From the human T2T-CHM13v2.0 reference genome, Homo sapiens, in NCBI RefSeq assembly GCF_009914755.1, contig NC_060944.1: 64,000 bases of DNA. One strand, given 5' to 3'. Shown piece after piece: positions 13,226 to 27,530 of this stretch. The position numbers were made by a program, and so were the translations under genes. The notes under the pieces are model-generated. The model had not been told where the DNA came from. It did not search any database and saw only the letters and a list, made by a program, of their open reading frames with translations. Each line of letters opens with the position of its first letter. Positions within the stretch are counted from its first letter, which is position 1.

Positions 13226-13682
13226 TCCAACTTTTCTTTTAGTTATGGGGGTACACGTAAAGGTTTCTTCCATGGGTAAATTGTGTGTTTCCTGGATTTG
13301 ATGTACAAATTATTTTGTTACCCAAATAGTGAGCATAGTACCTGATAGGTAATTTTTCAATGTTCGCCTCATCCCACCTTTCATTCTCAAGTAGGCCCCA
13401 GTATTTATTGTTCCCTTCTTTGTGTCCATGTGTACTCAGTGTTTAGCTCCCACGTATACATGAGAACATATGGTATTTAGTTTTCTAATTTGCTTAGGTA
13501 ATGATCTCCAGCTACATCCATGTTGCTGCAAAGGACATGATTTTGTTCTTTTTTATACCTGCATAGCATTCCGTGGTATATGTGTACCACATCATCTTTA
13601 CCCAATCCACCAGGATAGGCATCTATCTAGGCTGATTCTATGTCTTTGCTATTGTGAATAGTGCTGCATTGAACATACACAT
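13226..13682 (-). mobile_element. L1PA15/16-like 3' end
   Basis: L1 3'UTR 'gtgtccatgtgtactcagtgtttagctcccac'; degenerate TSD aaggtagtggatct / aaggcagtgagtct. Confidence 0.85.
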
Positions 13683-14218
13683 AAGGCAGTGAGTCTTCGG
13701 TGAGAAATAAGACTGAGACTAACAGGACTTAACAGTTCTCCAGGACTGACCCCCAAAAAACTTGGAAGGCAACTAAGTGGAGAGAAGGATTGTACATTAA
13801 GAACCATCTCAACGGACCTCAGTAGCCCAGGAATTCAGCCTGTTAGGTGTGTGCCTAGTGTTAGAAACTTAGGGGCAAAAGTGGTGTTCAATGCCAGGCA
13901 ACTGCTTGCAAAGCTCATCCATGTGGAGGTAATGTCTTACCTGGTATTTATGATCCAGCCTCTCTGAGAGAGACAGGCTAGTCAGCATCAGGAAGCCTGT
14001 CTGAGCTGTGGTTCAGAAAAGGACTTCCAACTCAGAGGGGAACTGGATCATCAGCCAGTAAGGAAATTGAAACAGGCTTTCCCAGGGGAGAGAAAGGGGC
14101 TAAAATTTGTGCTGTTGTTGTCGGTCTATTTATTGCATATCATTCTGAACATTTCTTAAGTCTAAAAAGGAAACTGGAAAAGAATTATCAGTCTGTAATA
14201 TAGTCAACTGTTTCTTAA

Positions 14219-14584
<366 letters not shown>

Positions 14585-15849
14585 TGCTCTACTGTTTTTA
14601 ACACAAGCTCTCAATTACTAATTTATTTGTCCCTTGCAAATTTCAAAGACCCGTTTTTATAATAGATTCTCAACATTAGAGAGGTCATCCCTTGGATAAA
14701 TGGATTCTTCTGCCAATTTGCAGAAGTGGTGGTGAAGAAGCAGGCAGGAGGCAGATGAGTTGCAAAGAGGATTACGTGGCAATTCTACAGTAGGAAGAGG
14801 CTTAGGGAAGTGTCCTGTAAACACGAGAAAAATGCTGAAACATCCTAGAGAACAGTGTGGGGCAGTTTAGTCCTCATGTAGAAGAAAAAAATGGAAAAAA
14901 AAATTCATGTATGTGTCTGTTTGATTCCCTATTATATCTCTGGCAATTAGGGCAACACCTGGTATGTAGTAAGCACTCAAAAATATTTAGAGAAGAAATG
15001 ACCACACACAAACCCTACAGCTTCCCCAGCACATCTCTGGAATAAATCCAGGCTATTGGCCCTGAGTTTTCAGGTCTTGTAACCATCTTCCAAAGTCTCT
15101 CTTGCCTCTTTCTTTAAAATTATTAGTGGCTGTAGAAAAGTAAGAAAACTCTTCTTTAGAAATCCTTGTAAATATTAGGGAAAAATACATTTTTTTGACC
15201 ATCCTCTAATTAATTGATTGGATCTTTCAAATGCATTGGGATAGAGACTATGAATTCTAAGGCATAAAAGTCAATTTCCCCAGCTCCCTGGACTTACCAT
15301 AAGCCCCTTTTATTTCCTGCTTGAAGTTATATAGGTTAGAATCAAGTACTATAAGTTTGGGATCCTTAGCCTTCTGCTGAGGAGGCTTCTTCCTCTTTTT
15401 TTTAAATGTCCAAAGTGTGGAGACCTGCCCACCCCCCTTAAATAAAGAAAAACAGAAGTTAATTCACCAGAGAGATCTATAGACATGGCCAGGTTACAGT
15501 TTCCCGGGGGGCAAGGAAACTTGACTCTCTTTTTAATAAGCAGATGCTTGACCTTGGTGACATCCACTTACCACTTTTACTTTCTCATTTGAGGCCTTGA
15601 GAGATAGGTTTCCTCTCTTCTCTAACAGACATATTATGAAATTCCAAGCATACACAATTTCTCAGGACAAAGAGCAAGGTATAAAAATGAGCAGAGTATC
15701 TTGTGCTTCAGGTTGTTTCTTAGGTTTTAGTATTTCTATATCATCTTCTTGAATGAAATGATCCTAGCCTTATGCTCCGTATTCCAGGAATAAGAGTGTC
15801 TGTTTATCAAGCTATTTTTTTTCCCAGTTCCAGGGTGATTCCAATGTGT

Positions 15850-16115
15850 AAGCATTGATTTTTGTGCCTTATGCCACCTTCCCTCTGAGGACCTTGGATT
15901 TCAGCTGCAGCACATCCAACATGGTTACTCAGGGGGTCCCCACAAGATGGAACCCAGTCGTGTACAGTGTGAATAGATCAACTCATCTTTTAACTGGATT
16001 TCCCTCATTTCCCATCTCATTCTCCTGGCATCATTCCTGGAATCACCTTTTAAATGAGCTGCCTGCACCCAAGTCCTTAATCAGGCTTTACTTTTGGGAG
16101 AAACCAAACTAAGAA
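15850..16115 (+). mobile_element. LTR16-family (ERVL) 3' fragment
   Basis: 'ttcctggaatcacc...tgcacccaagtcc...gggagaaaccaaactaaga' terminus. Confidence 0.6.
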
Positions 16116-16172
16116 AAACTGTCATATGCAAAAGCACAGACAGTATTGCAACTTTCATATGAACCACATAGG

Positions 16173-16360
16173 CAATGGTGTGCTGGTTATCCAGGTCTCC
16201 TAAAGAAAAACTCCTAATTTGTAGTGTTGGCTGATTTCTGTGGCATAAATACTTCCACCATGGCTATTTTCAGCTGCCAATAGGATATTGCTGAACTCAG
16301 AGTGGGAAGAAATGTACACCATCAGCTCTCCAAACTCACGCTGGCTCCAGTGCACCCCTG
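16173..16360 (-). mobile_element. MER63A-like hAT DNA transposon fossil
   Basis: Terminal inverted repeats caatggtgtgctgg / ccagtgcacccctg; core 'taaatacttccaccatggc'. Confidence 0.7.
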
Positions 16361-16453
16361 CTAGAACCCAGGCCAAGACAATTGTCATAACTGACCATCA
16401 GGAAATATCAATTAAGAGTGTGGATATTATTAACGTTCTGTTAGATACCCTAA

Positions 16454-16761
<308 letters not shown>

Positions 16762-16879
16762 ACTTTATTTCTTTTAAGCATTTAAATAATACATGTTTTA
16801 TAAAGATACCTATATTCAGAATGTAAATGACTGAGATTTGGGACTGCCTTTATCTAATTATGTTGTATTAAAAAGACAG

Positions 16880-17235
16880 CCAGTTGTCATCTCTCCACAG
16901 GGTAATAGGTGATACACTCTGGGATAATTCGAGGAGAGTTTAGTAAAAGAGCTATTTACAAAGAGGTGGCAGAGTGTAGAAAAAGCGAGATTTGTGACAT
17001 ACCACTGAGTCCCTGTTATTAATCTAGAAGGGAATGAGGAAGGTATAGCCATCAGACCCAAGGACAGAAAGGGATGTATGGAAAAGGCCACCTGGCAGAA
17101 GTCGAAAGTTTGCAAAAGACAAAACCAGTCCACAGTAATGTCTCCAGAGGCTACAGGGAGGAATTATTCCAGCAATACTCTTCTCCTTCCTTCCAATCTC
17201 CTACTCAGGCAACCCATTGGCAAAACCCTCCCTGC
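16880..17235 (-). mobile_element. Old ERVL-type LTR fragment (family uncertain)
   Basis: 'gaggagagtttagtaaaagagctatttacaaag'; a related motif recurs near 60310-60430. Confidence 0.45.
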
Positions 17236-18294
17236 TCTTACGAAGCTTACTGTCTGGTTCTAGTAGAATCTGCACACTCATTTGGGCCCCAGAAAAATCA
17301 CTATAATGGCACAAGAACGTGTTTTCACAAAATGTACTAATTGAGGCCATAAGAATTCGGTTACAATAAAGTTAGGTTGCAATATGAAATAGTAACAGCA
17401 CTTTGGCTGTTAGGAATGATCATGGGAAGTGGAATCAAATGCAATGCTAATCTGCTTACTGGAAAGCTGTGCGTTAACTAATGAAAGTACCATAATCGAA
17501 GTTGGAAGAACTGGTTCAACTTGTGAAAGGCGGAAAGTTACAAGGCAAGTGTGCCAGGGAAATTCTGAAGGAAATCCAAGAGAAAGGTGTCTAGACAATA
17601 TTAAGGAGTGGCTGGACAACACTGTCAGCTGGTGACACATAACTATCTTTAAAGTTAGTGGCTCAAAATGGTTGCCATAGATACCCCTGGAATGGAACAA
17701 TAGGGTTTCTAGCAATGCTTTTTTTCCAACATATTAAAATGCTTGAAGGAAATCTCCTTATTTTTATTTTTAATTCTTGACTACTGACCTGTTCACGTGG
17801 AAAAGCGTAGGTTTTAGAATACGATCCTGGAACTAGTATTCTATCCTGGCCTAGATTTGGACCTCATTTTCCTTTCTGATCTTTGGTCAATAGGTTCCAG
17901 AGAAACTATAAAATATGAACTTGGATGTTGATTTCCAGCCTTGGTTTCCATTAGTGAGAATTTGGGAATAGAATAAGGTGAAGGAAAGGTTGCTTTAAGT
18001 AAGAACTTTTAGAAAGATGTCAATTAAATGAAATGGTGTCGGTGATTCTTAACTTGCAGTCACTGGATTCCTGGCAGCTGAAATTTCTATCTGAATTTTG
18101 GTCAGTGTTGCTTATAGGGCTTATGATAGCCTGCAGCTTGTATGGTGTATGCCAATCTGTTCCCTTCTTTCCACAAACCTGGGACCACAGCTTCGGCATG
18201 AAATTTTTGGGGGGTATGCTCAGAATGTGGTTTGTAAGCTCATCTTTATTACAAAGAGGTAGGGAGAGAATGATGTACTGGACACAAAAGCAAG

Positions 18295-18620
18295 AGAGTT
18301 TATCAGGATGCATTTTGCTTATAAATAAGAGGTGACCAATTCAAGCTGGCTTAAACAATATGGGGTTGTGTCAGTTTTCACATCTGGAAGGTTTATAAGC
18401 TTCAAGCTTGGTTTGTTCAGGGTTCAGGATTCTCTTCTCAGTCTCTCAGTTCAGCCCTGTTTTGTGTGCTTTTGTGTTCATGGCACCAAATCCACACCCT
18501 GCATCACTCAGAGAATGAGTCCCCGTTCCAGAATCCTCAGGGAATCCCCAGAAGTCACTCTGGCCATATTGACTTCAGCCACACATTCATGCTTGCATCA
18601 ATCCTGGTCAGAGCAATAGA
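18295..18620 (-). mobile_element. Old MLT1 LTR fragment
   Basis: 'ccaattcaagctggcttaaacaata' typical MLT1 end. Confidence 0.5.
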
Positions 18621-20646
18621 GAGACAGTATCTTCTTTACCCCCAGAGTCTGCACTTCCAGGCACTTCCATGGGAAGGGAGGTGTGGAATGAATGCAAGAC
18701 AGATCTCCCTGGAACCCGCTGCAAAAAATGAGTGTGGGATGGAAAAAGAGAGCACCAAAGGACAGTGTGACAATAAAAAGTCTAATTTTATTCTGCAGCT
18801 AGTTCAGGCAATACCAAAAGTGGATCTGAGGTGGTATAATTGAATTAAGTCAAAGTGGTTCTATCAAACAATAAGATGTTTGTGCCATCAGCTATAGACT
18901 GTGAGTTCTTGGATGTGGCAGTTTATTTTTCTGAGTCTCAGTTTTTTCAATTGTAAGATAATAATTACTGTTGTGTAGGGTTTTATTGATGATTAATAAA
19001 TATAGTGTTTTATAAAGTCCCTACTGTAATATCTGGCAAAAAAAAAATAGGCACAAAGTGAATGGTAGAATTAATCATCAAAATGACAATTTATTGCTAT
19101 CATTTTTAGTACATTTTGGGTACTCCCAAAGTGCTAGTTACTATATTTTAGAGTTGTTTTGATAAATATAAAAGATAGTGTCTCTAAACAATGTAGAATA
19201 AGTGGGTAGAAAATTAATGTTAGAATTAATAACAATATATTCTATTTAATATTACATAACATGTAGTTAGTATTTATGCATAATAATTTATTGTTAATTT
19301 CACATTTTATATAATTCCAAGGTGCTAATTTGAAGAACAATGCTTCCCTAAATATTTAAATTTAATGATGGTAGCTTATAAGGTTTGTCTTCTTACTATG
19401 TGGTTCTATATCACAGTCATTGCAAAAGGACAATAAATTAACAGTGCTTTAGTGATGGTTATAATTCACTATTACTACTTGTCAATAGTTATTAATAAAA
19501 GGTTAACTCTTCATATGTGTTCATTTGTTTACAGTGCTGTATACTTCCTGCCTTTTGATACTAAACACCTTGTGAATACAATGATCTAACTTTTGGGAAA
19601 GCAAAGTACAGATGGCCATAACTGGATTCTGGGGATGGGGTCTACCCCTGGCAATGCCTTGCCTGCTTGTACTTTCAGTTATGTTCTAAAGGGCTTATCT
19701 TCAGCAATCTTATTCCTATAAGCTGCTTTTAAAAACTTAGAGATGTCAGGCAGTGGGTCAGATGAGAGCTGTGCAGCATGGCAGTATTTAGAGTATTTCT
19801 GTTTTGAATTGTTTTGTACCACTCAAAACTTCAATATATTTCTCACATCATAGCCTTCCACAGTCACATATGCAAATTCATATTCATAATCAAACTTGTG
19901 GATTATTCATCTCTGACACTATTATTAATTCCTATGGCATTCTTATTTTTAGTTCCAAGTGTTCTCTTACTTAAAAGCCTTTGTTGTCATCAATTGTTAA
20001 TTTTAGCATTATAATCCGTGTGATTGTTTCTCTAGTATTTCCTAAGCATTTTTTCTGGGTTCTTGTTCACCTTTCAACCCTTTTAATACATCCCAGAACA
20101 CTTAAACTTTTGCTTAAGTCTCAAAAGCACATACAATTATTTGACCAAATAAGTACATGATTAGAAATTCATAGGTCTCTTAAAAATATTTTATGTCCTA
20201 TATTAAATGTCAAATAAGAGATAGAAGTTTGTGATTAGATAATATTAGAAACTTGGACTTACTTTTATAAGTTAAGTAAACTAATGTTCAGATGCATACA
20301 ATTCTTACTAAATACCCCTACCTGTAACTTTTAAGCATTGACATTTATCAATTAACAGTTATTTTATTAAGCAATCATTGTATGCCTGGATATTCGTTTG
20401 CTGACATCTTCATGTGCAAATCATTCCTTCTAAATCTTAAGAATACACACATAAGTGATATATTCCCCTTATATGTTATAGATGACATGAGGAATGATTT
20501 GCATTTAGGATGCATGATCAAGTGCATTAGCTCTTCTTGCAATTTGGTCACCAATGAAAAGAAATTTGGGGAATTTTGACACTGGGATGTAATAAAATGG
20601 GTTATCAAAAGACATGCTTTTTTTAAAAAAAAAAGAAAATATTTTA

Positions 20647-20700
20647 GAATGAGGTATGCCTTACTTACAAAACGAATGAGGTATGCCCTATTTACAAAAC
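20647..20700 (+). repeat. 27-bp tandem duplication
   Basis: gaatgaggtatgccttacttacaaaac / gaatgaggtatgccctatttacaaaac (2 mismatches). Confidence 0.9.
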
Positions 20701-21599
20701 ATCAGTTTAATTCCAAGATGAAAGCATTAAAAGATAGGGAGAAAAAAACCACCCTTGTGCTGATGAAATGGTGGCTCCAGAAGGCATAAGGGCTATCTTA
20801 AGACAGTAACGTGACCAACTACAAATTATTTACAATCAGAAAAAAGGGAATAACAGAGGAGGCACTACTGGATCAAGGCCTCCAAACTCATTTAGTAGGA
20901 TTAGGTTTTTTCCTTAAAAAACCTAATTGATTTTTTACAATCCTTAAAAAATAAAGCAAATGGGACAATACATAACCTGGATAAAGATTATATGAGCGTA
21001 TTTTTATTCTTGCAACTTTTCTATAAGCTTAAACTTATCTTTAAGTAAAAGTTTTAAAATATCCCAAATGATAAAAGAGAAGCTCGATCACAAGTAATCT
21101 ATTTTAAAACCAGAAGATTTGTCTATGCATTTTATTTCATATCTATTTTCAAGATAGAAGGCATTGTTCTCCTGAGCCACACATGGAAAAGAAAGGGAAT
21201 TTTACCATGTGGAAATTTTACCTCCCTTGGTAAATTTTATATTTTGGTGGGTTTAGGAATTCATGAGAAATGTGCCCTGGCTGTTGCAGTTTTTGTATAT
21301 TTATGCCATCTGGATCAAAGACAGCTCAGACTCTCACCTGTATTGGGCAAACACTGCTACATGAAACTCAATCCACTGTAATTCATTCTCTTGAAATCTT
21401 TATAAAGAAGTTGCAAGGGAAATGCATGGATAATTACTGTTTATGCTCAAGGACCAAATTTACCCCTTTCATTGGGTTTGAAGGAGATGGTAATGAGCTT
21501 CTTTTGTGGCCCTGCCATTCACCAGATGACAAGCTCTTTTAAACTGAAGCCTGGTTTAATTCCTTCTCGCAGAATAGCATTTTAGCAAACTTGACAGCA

Positions 21600-22490
21600 G
21601 GATTTTATTTATTTATTGGTAAAAGTATTATGTACAATTAGTTTAAAAAATCTAACTGTAGAGAAAGCTACAAGATGAGAAATAGCAATACTCCCCGCGC
21701 TCCTAACTCCATAGTCACTGTTAAATATTTCTTGTATACTCCTGGTAGTAGTGAGTATACACTTTCACCCATATGCATACTTTAAAAAAATACAAATAAT
21801 GATTTACACTTTACAGTAACATATTTTTTCCAAATAGTGATACATCTTACTTTCCCCCTCTTAATAATACGTCTAGAACACGTTTCTTCTAGGTTGAACC
21901 ATATGAAATTACTGTTTTGCTAGTTTGACCTAATATCTCAGGACATGGGTATAGCCCATTCTTTAGACCATGCTGTAGATTTTTCTTGTACAGATACACA
22001 GATATCTATCAGTCCCATATTGCTAGACATTTAGTTTGCTTACAATTTTTTCTGTTACATATAATGCTAAAATGATCACTGTTTACATATATCTTGGGGG
22101 ATACTTTCTTGACTATGTGTTAAATTCTTAGTAGAAAAATTTCTAGGTGGAAGAGAACATATATTTTTAACTCTCAATTTTGTCAAATTGACCTCCAAAA
22201 ATGTTAATGTTTACAGGGGCCCCAGTTATGCAGAACACTGTGGCATCTCAGAAATTTTAATTTTTGACAATCTTTTTGGTGAACATTTTTATTTTTATTT
22301 CGTTGTTTTGATTGACATTTTAAAAATGGTTTTGAACATCATCTTATAAGCTTATTTGCTTTTTGCATTTGTTTTCCTGCAAAAGTTGTCTTTTTCATAT
22401 CTTTTAAAGATCATTCTTTTAATTCAGTATCATTAATTTGTGGGCGTGATGTTTAAGTTCAAAAAATTTGCTATTTGTCAAGTATTTTGC
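21600..22490 (-). mobile_element. Old L1M (L1ME-like) 3' fragment
   Basis: 'gacatttagtttgcttacaatttttt', 'ttttgtcaaattgacctccaaaa', 'ttttgacaatct'. Confidence 0.6.
21890..21935. mobile_element. MADE2-like mariner MITE remnant
   Basis: 'taggttgaaccatatgaaatt...tttgacctaata'. Confidence 0.65.
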
Positions 22491-24876
22491 AGTAATCAAA
22501 TGAGTGGAAAGTATGAGGAAAGTTAAGGAGGAAATAGTAATTTTGAGACTATGCTACATTCCACATACAGGCTTTTTTTTTTTTTACAATTTGATTTCAT
22601 TGATTTTTTTCTTTGTTATTGGATTTATTAATTTTTTTGTGGCTTCTGTATTCTGTCTGACTTGGAATGACGTTTCTAATATATCTGGGTTTTCTTGTTT
22701 ACTTTCAAAGAAGCACATAGATTCCTGCTTTTCTGGAAAATTTCTGATTATAAATGTTTGTAATATTTGTACAATATTATCGGACTATGCTACCAGAATT
22801 TGATTTCAAAAATAAGATAGCTACAGTAACTCTAGTTACCACAACATAGCTATGTCATGGTCTACATTAATTAGACATCCTTTAAAACTGTTTGTACTCA
22901 TTCCTCCACCTTCCTGTTCTGTGCTCTCAAAACAACTTTCCAATCATTCCTTCAGTGTTCAGGAAGGTGATGCTCCAGAGAAGGAATGCAGTTAGAAAGC
23001 TCCCTGTAAATGATCAATTTGTGTTCTAGTGCAAAGCACTGTTTTCTGAAAGCTGGGTTTCCCCTCAACATTCCAGACTTGCTCAGATGAGACCTCACTC
23101 ACTGTGGAAGCCGGAGTTAAAAGTGACTTGGAATTATAGGTTAAGGAAAGAGGTAGATCCTTTTTCTATCTTAAGTTTCCATCTGAAGGATAGTCCTGAT
23201 ACTTGTTCCACGTAAGCCAAAAAAAGAGTCCCCAGGTAACAAGATCTTCCCTGGGACAAGCGAAAGTTAAGGCAACAAAGCATGAGGTTTTGGTTGTTGT
23301 TTTTGTGAGTTTTCTGTTTGTTTGCTGGCTTGTTTTTTCCAAGGGTTCATTGGCTCTAGGCAGCCCAGCTTTCATTTAAGGAAAGGTTCGTGGGCGTCTT
23401 GTGGCCTCCACTCCACATGCCTCTGCACTATGTCTATGACTTGCAAAAACAACCGTGTGGGATGCTAATTCAGTCTTTGGTTTCTTTTTCATATCAAATA
23501 CTGCCAACTTGGCCTTAAATATGTGCCAGATGCACGATGGTTTTATGATGTGATACCGTTAGGAAGTCTGGGCTGAGTATAGCTGGATGTGAGCTGGCTT
23601 CTGCTACTGGAGCGGTTCCTGCCGCTGATGACTCCAGCACAAGCTTGAGAGCTTGATGGCTTTGCTGGGTACCTTGGCAAATATTGCCTGGCAGTGGATG
23701 GTCATTGAGTCCCTGGTGAGAACTGCAGGTTCTCTTTTCTCTGATGTCCAGATTTCTGAGTCCTATGAGAACTTGCATGGTGCTTTTCTGGGAAAGGAAT
23801 GAAAAGCCTCACCATCGTGTAGCACACAGTGTCAAAATCTTGTCACAAATATCCCAGGTACTACCTCCTGATATGCATACCTAGGGCACTCTTGCCTTTC
23901 CAATTAATATTTTAAGGAAGTTTTCATTGATGATGGGCCCAGAAACTCAAACATATTTAACTTTGAGTTAAAATTAAACACCAAAGGAATGAGAGAGATA
24001 CCCAGTTGAAAAAATAACTGGAAAGTTTAGGGAGATTATTTGATCTAAAATGACTCCTTTGGAGAGTAAAACCTATGGTCAGAGTTCTCAGTTCTTATGT
24101 ACAAATTTTACAAGGGACGTAGTCCAAGCACTGTAAGTGCACATTATTTTTATTTGTGTATGTTTTCTCTTTTGTTTTTATTGCCTGCAATCAGGTGAAA
24201 CAATGGTGGCAGTTCAGTGCTTTATTTCTGACTTTGACCAAACACAATCTCTTTTATGCCAAACTGTGATCAGAGATTTATTACCAAGCAGTGTGAAAAA
24301 ATTGGACACTTAGAAAACGAATCGATGTTATGATTCAATGAAATTCTTAACATTTTTAAGTCTTGAAAATCCAAGGATAACTTATGTGCAGGTTCTGTTG
24401 GTCACTGTGGAGACGTAAATATTTTATTTGTGAAATCTGTTTGCTTACTTTGCAAGTATTCAGGGTGCAGTAGGTTGTGCCAGAATATTTAGTGGTACTG
24501 ATAATAGTAACTACAGATGGAGAAAATCATAGAGGACGGTGGTGATATGTCTTAGACATCATTTCCATAATATTTACAAAAAGCAGAGCAACGAAAGGGC
24601 TTTCTACTTGAATCAAAATGATGTACCAAAGACCAATCTGTTTTCAGGATGTGGCAGGCAGCGACTCCCATTTCCTGTAATAGGGTCAAAACCTCTTGCT
24701 AACAGGCTATCTTCTCCCACACCTCCGTGGCTCCAAAAAGATATATAACCTTTGCTGCCCAGAATCTTACTTAGTAAGGGGTATATGAAGGTCATGCACT
24801 TGTATACTTGGTGTAAAAATAAAAAATATAATCCATTTCCTTTATTTTCTCCTTCGTATTTATAAACATATCCTAG

Positions 24877-25068
24877 GGCAGAGCTGTGCAACAGAACTTT
24901 CTTCGGTGATGGAAATGATCTAAATTTGGCTAATATGGTAGCCACTGGCAACATGTGGCTATTTGAGTGCTTGAAATGTGGCTAGCGTGAGGAAAGAACT
25001 GCATTTTAAATTTTATTTAATTTAAACTGATGCATATGACTAATGGCTGCTGTATCGGACAGTGCAGC
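24877..25068. mobile_element. MER3 hAT-Charlie fossil
   Basis: 'aatatggtagccactggcaacatgtggctatttgagtgcttgaaatgtggctag'. Confidence 0.85.
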
Positions 25069-25705
25069 CCTTGATTAGAGCTTAATTTTCTCAGTGAGGA
25101 TTGGCTTGAGAAAAACACCACTAACGAGCCCTTCCTAAATAACAGCACAGGTAAAATAAAATTGAACAGATGTTTAGATTTTCCTGAATTCAGCTTAGGC
25201 AAGATTTCATAGGATCATAGTTTCAACTCTAATGGCTCCAGGGAAAATCATTGATTTTATCAAAAACAAACAAAAAAGAAGCTCTGATACCACTTTCTAA
25301 AATGTTTAAACAAAAATGCATGATTTGATAAATAAATCTATCACTTGGATCTTTAAGATTTTCTTCTTCTCAAATACATTAATGTTCATCTGTCAGGTTC
25401 AGGGTTAATTTGGAGGCCTCTTATCTTTGTCCTAAACTATCTCCTTCAAAATCCTATGTGACAAGATTTTCAGTGGAGATATTTTTTTTTCTATGTTTTC
25501 ATGCTTTGCATTCATCTTCTTTTAAATCATTAAGAGGTAGGGAAGAAGGCATGAAATTACTATCATAAATACATGCTGCAGTTGGCTTTGCTTCGCAGAT
25601 CTGAGGAGAGCAAAGGTTTGGCTTCTGTGTGATCCAAGATGATTGCTATCGTTCCAAACAGTATATCACCCAAAGAAAGCTTTCTATTCCCAAATGAGTG
25701 ATTTT

Positions 25706-26668
25706 TATTGTATTTGTCTATTGATTTATTTATTTTTATGTATTTAGGGGGGTAAAAGTACAGGTTTCTCACATGCATATATTGCATAATGGTGAAGTCT
25801 AGGCTTTTTGTGTACCCATTACCCGAATAGTGCATTGTACCCAATAGGTAGTTTTTCAAACCTCACCCACCTTCACCCTCCCAGGCTCCATAGTCTCCAG
25901 TGTCTATTATTCCACTCTGTATGAGCATGTATATCCACTGTTTGGTTCTCATTTATACATAAGAACATGTGATATTTGACTTTCTGTGTGAGTTATTTCA
26001 TTGAGGACAATGGCCTTCAGTTCCATGTTGCTGCAAAAGTTGTGATTTCCTTCTTTTTTATTGCTAAATAGTATTCCATGGTGTGTATATATGTATATGC
26101 TACATTTTCTTTATCTAGTCCTCCATTGATAGACATTTAGGTTGCTTTCATATGTTTACTTTTGTGGATAGTGCTGTGATAAACATAGGAGAGCAGGTAT
26201 CCTTTTTATATAATGATTTACTTCTGTCTGGGTCTATATCCAGTAGTGGGATTGCTGGATTGAATGGTAGTTCTATTTTTAGTTCTTTCAGAAATCTCCA
26301 CGTTATTTTCTATAAAGGTTGTACTAACTTACATTCCTACCAACGGTGTAAATGTTCCCTTTTCTCTGACTCCTTGGCAACATCTGTTGTTTTTAGGCTT
26401 TTTAATAGCCATTCTGACTGGTGTGAGATGGTATCTCATTGTGGTTTTGATTTACATTCCTCTGACTAGCGATGTTGAACAATTTTCATATATTTCTTGG
26501 CCACTTGTATGTCTTCTTTTGGAAAACATCTGTTCATGTCATTTTCCTAGTTTTTAATGGGGTTATTTGTTTTTTTCTTGTTGACTTAAAGTTCTTTGTA
26601 GATTCTGGATATTAGCCTTTGTTGGATGCATAATTGCAATTTTTTTCCATTCTGTAGGTTGTCTGTTT
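25706..26668 (-). mobile_element. 5'-truncated L1PB
   Basis: L1 3'UTR plus ORF2 end ('gtgtgagatggtatctcattgtggttttgattt'); TSD ccaaatgagtgatttt / ccaaatgaggggtttt. Confidence 0.9.
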
Positions 26669-26899
26669 CCAAATGAGGGGTTTTAAAACATGTAGACTAG
26701 CAGTCACCAAGGTGAAATGTTTTTTAAAAGGATCATAATATAAAAAATGACACCAAGGCATAGAGTTTAAGAGATATCAAGTATGTGTGAGCAAGGGTAC
26801 ATGAAATAAATAGTTTGACTTTCTGGGTACTGGTTTTATTTGCAGAATATGGAGTGTTACTGCACTCAAGGAACAGAACATCAAAATTTATAGGGGTCA

Positions 26900-27530
26900 T
26901 TTCAGGCAGGTGTCTTGGGCCTTGCTAAGCTACTATAGCTAATTCGGGGAATCATGGAAAGATTTAGGCAGAGGGTTTGCAAGTCTGATTTGCATTTCAG
27001 ATAAATCATACTCAAAGCTTGATGGTAATGAACTTGTGAAAGGGATATCCTTCAGGGTAACTTCAGCAGGACTTGGAAATTGACTGGATGTGAGGTACAA
27101 TGCGAGTAAAGCAGAAGATAAAAAATAGAATTCAGTGTTCTCACTTGGGACTGGGCAGATATTGCTGTCAACAATTACAACTGGAACTGTTGTTGGGGAA
27201 TAAACAAAACTGAGAGAAAGATAATGAGCTTAATGAACCCTTGGAATATATCCTTGGGAAACTATCCTGAAGACATTGAGATGTTTAAGTTGGGATTAGA
27301 GGAGCTATCTAGGCAGAAAGAGAAATTTAAGAATAATCTTCATTCTGGCAAGTCACTGTATATGGGCAGTGATGAGCTAGAATCATCAACTTGTAAAATA
27401 AGCCAAAGAAAAAGGAGCTCTTTAAGGAAACAGAGAAGAAATGGGAGGAGAAGAAGGAAAACAAATAGAAGTAAATAATCAAGAAATGAAGTAGTTTCTG
27501 GAAGGTCACTGAGGTAAACATACACTATAT
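26900..27530 (-). mobile_element. L2 fragment
   Basis: 'tctgatttgcatttcagataaatca', 'aggacttggaaattgactggatgtg'. Confidence 0.6.

Noticed and set aside
13941-13963. Possible 23-nt minus-strand microexon (ctgac...ctctctcAG / CAG|GTAAGA)
   Set aside because: Very short, frame-shifting and unsupported; expected by chance
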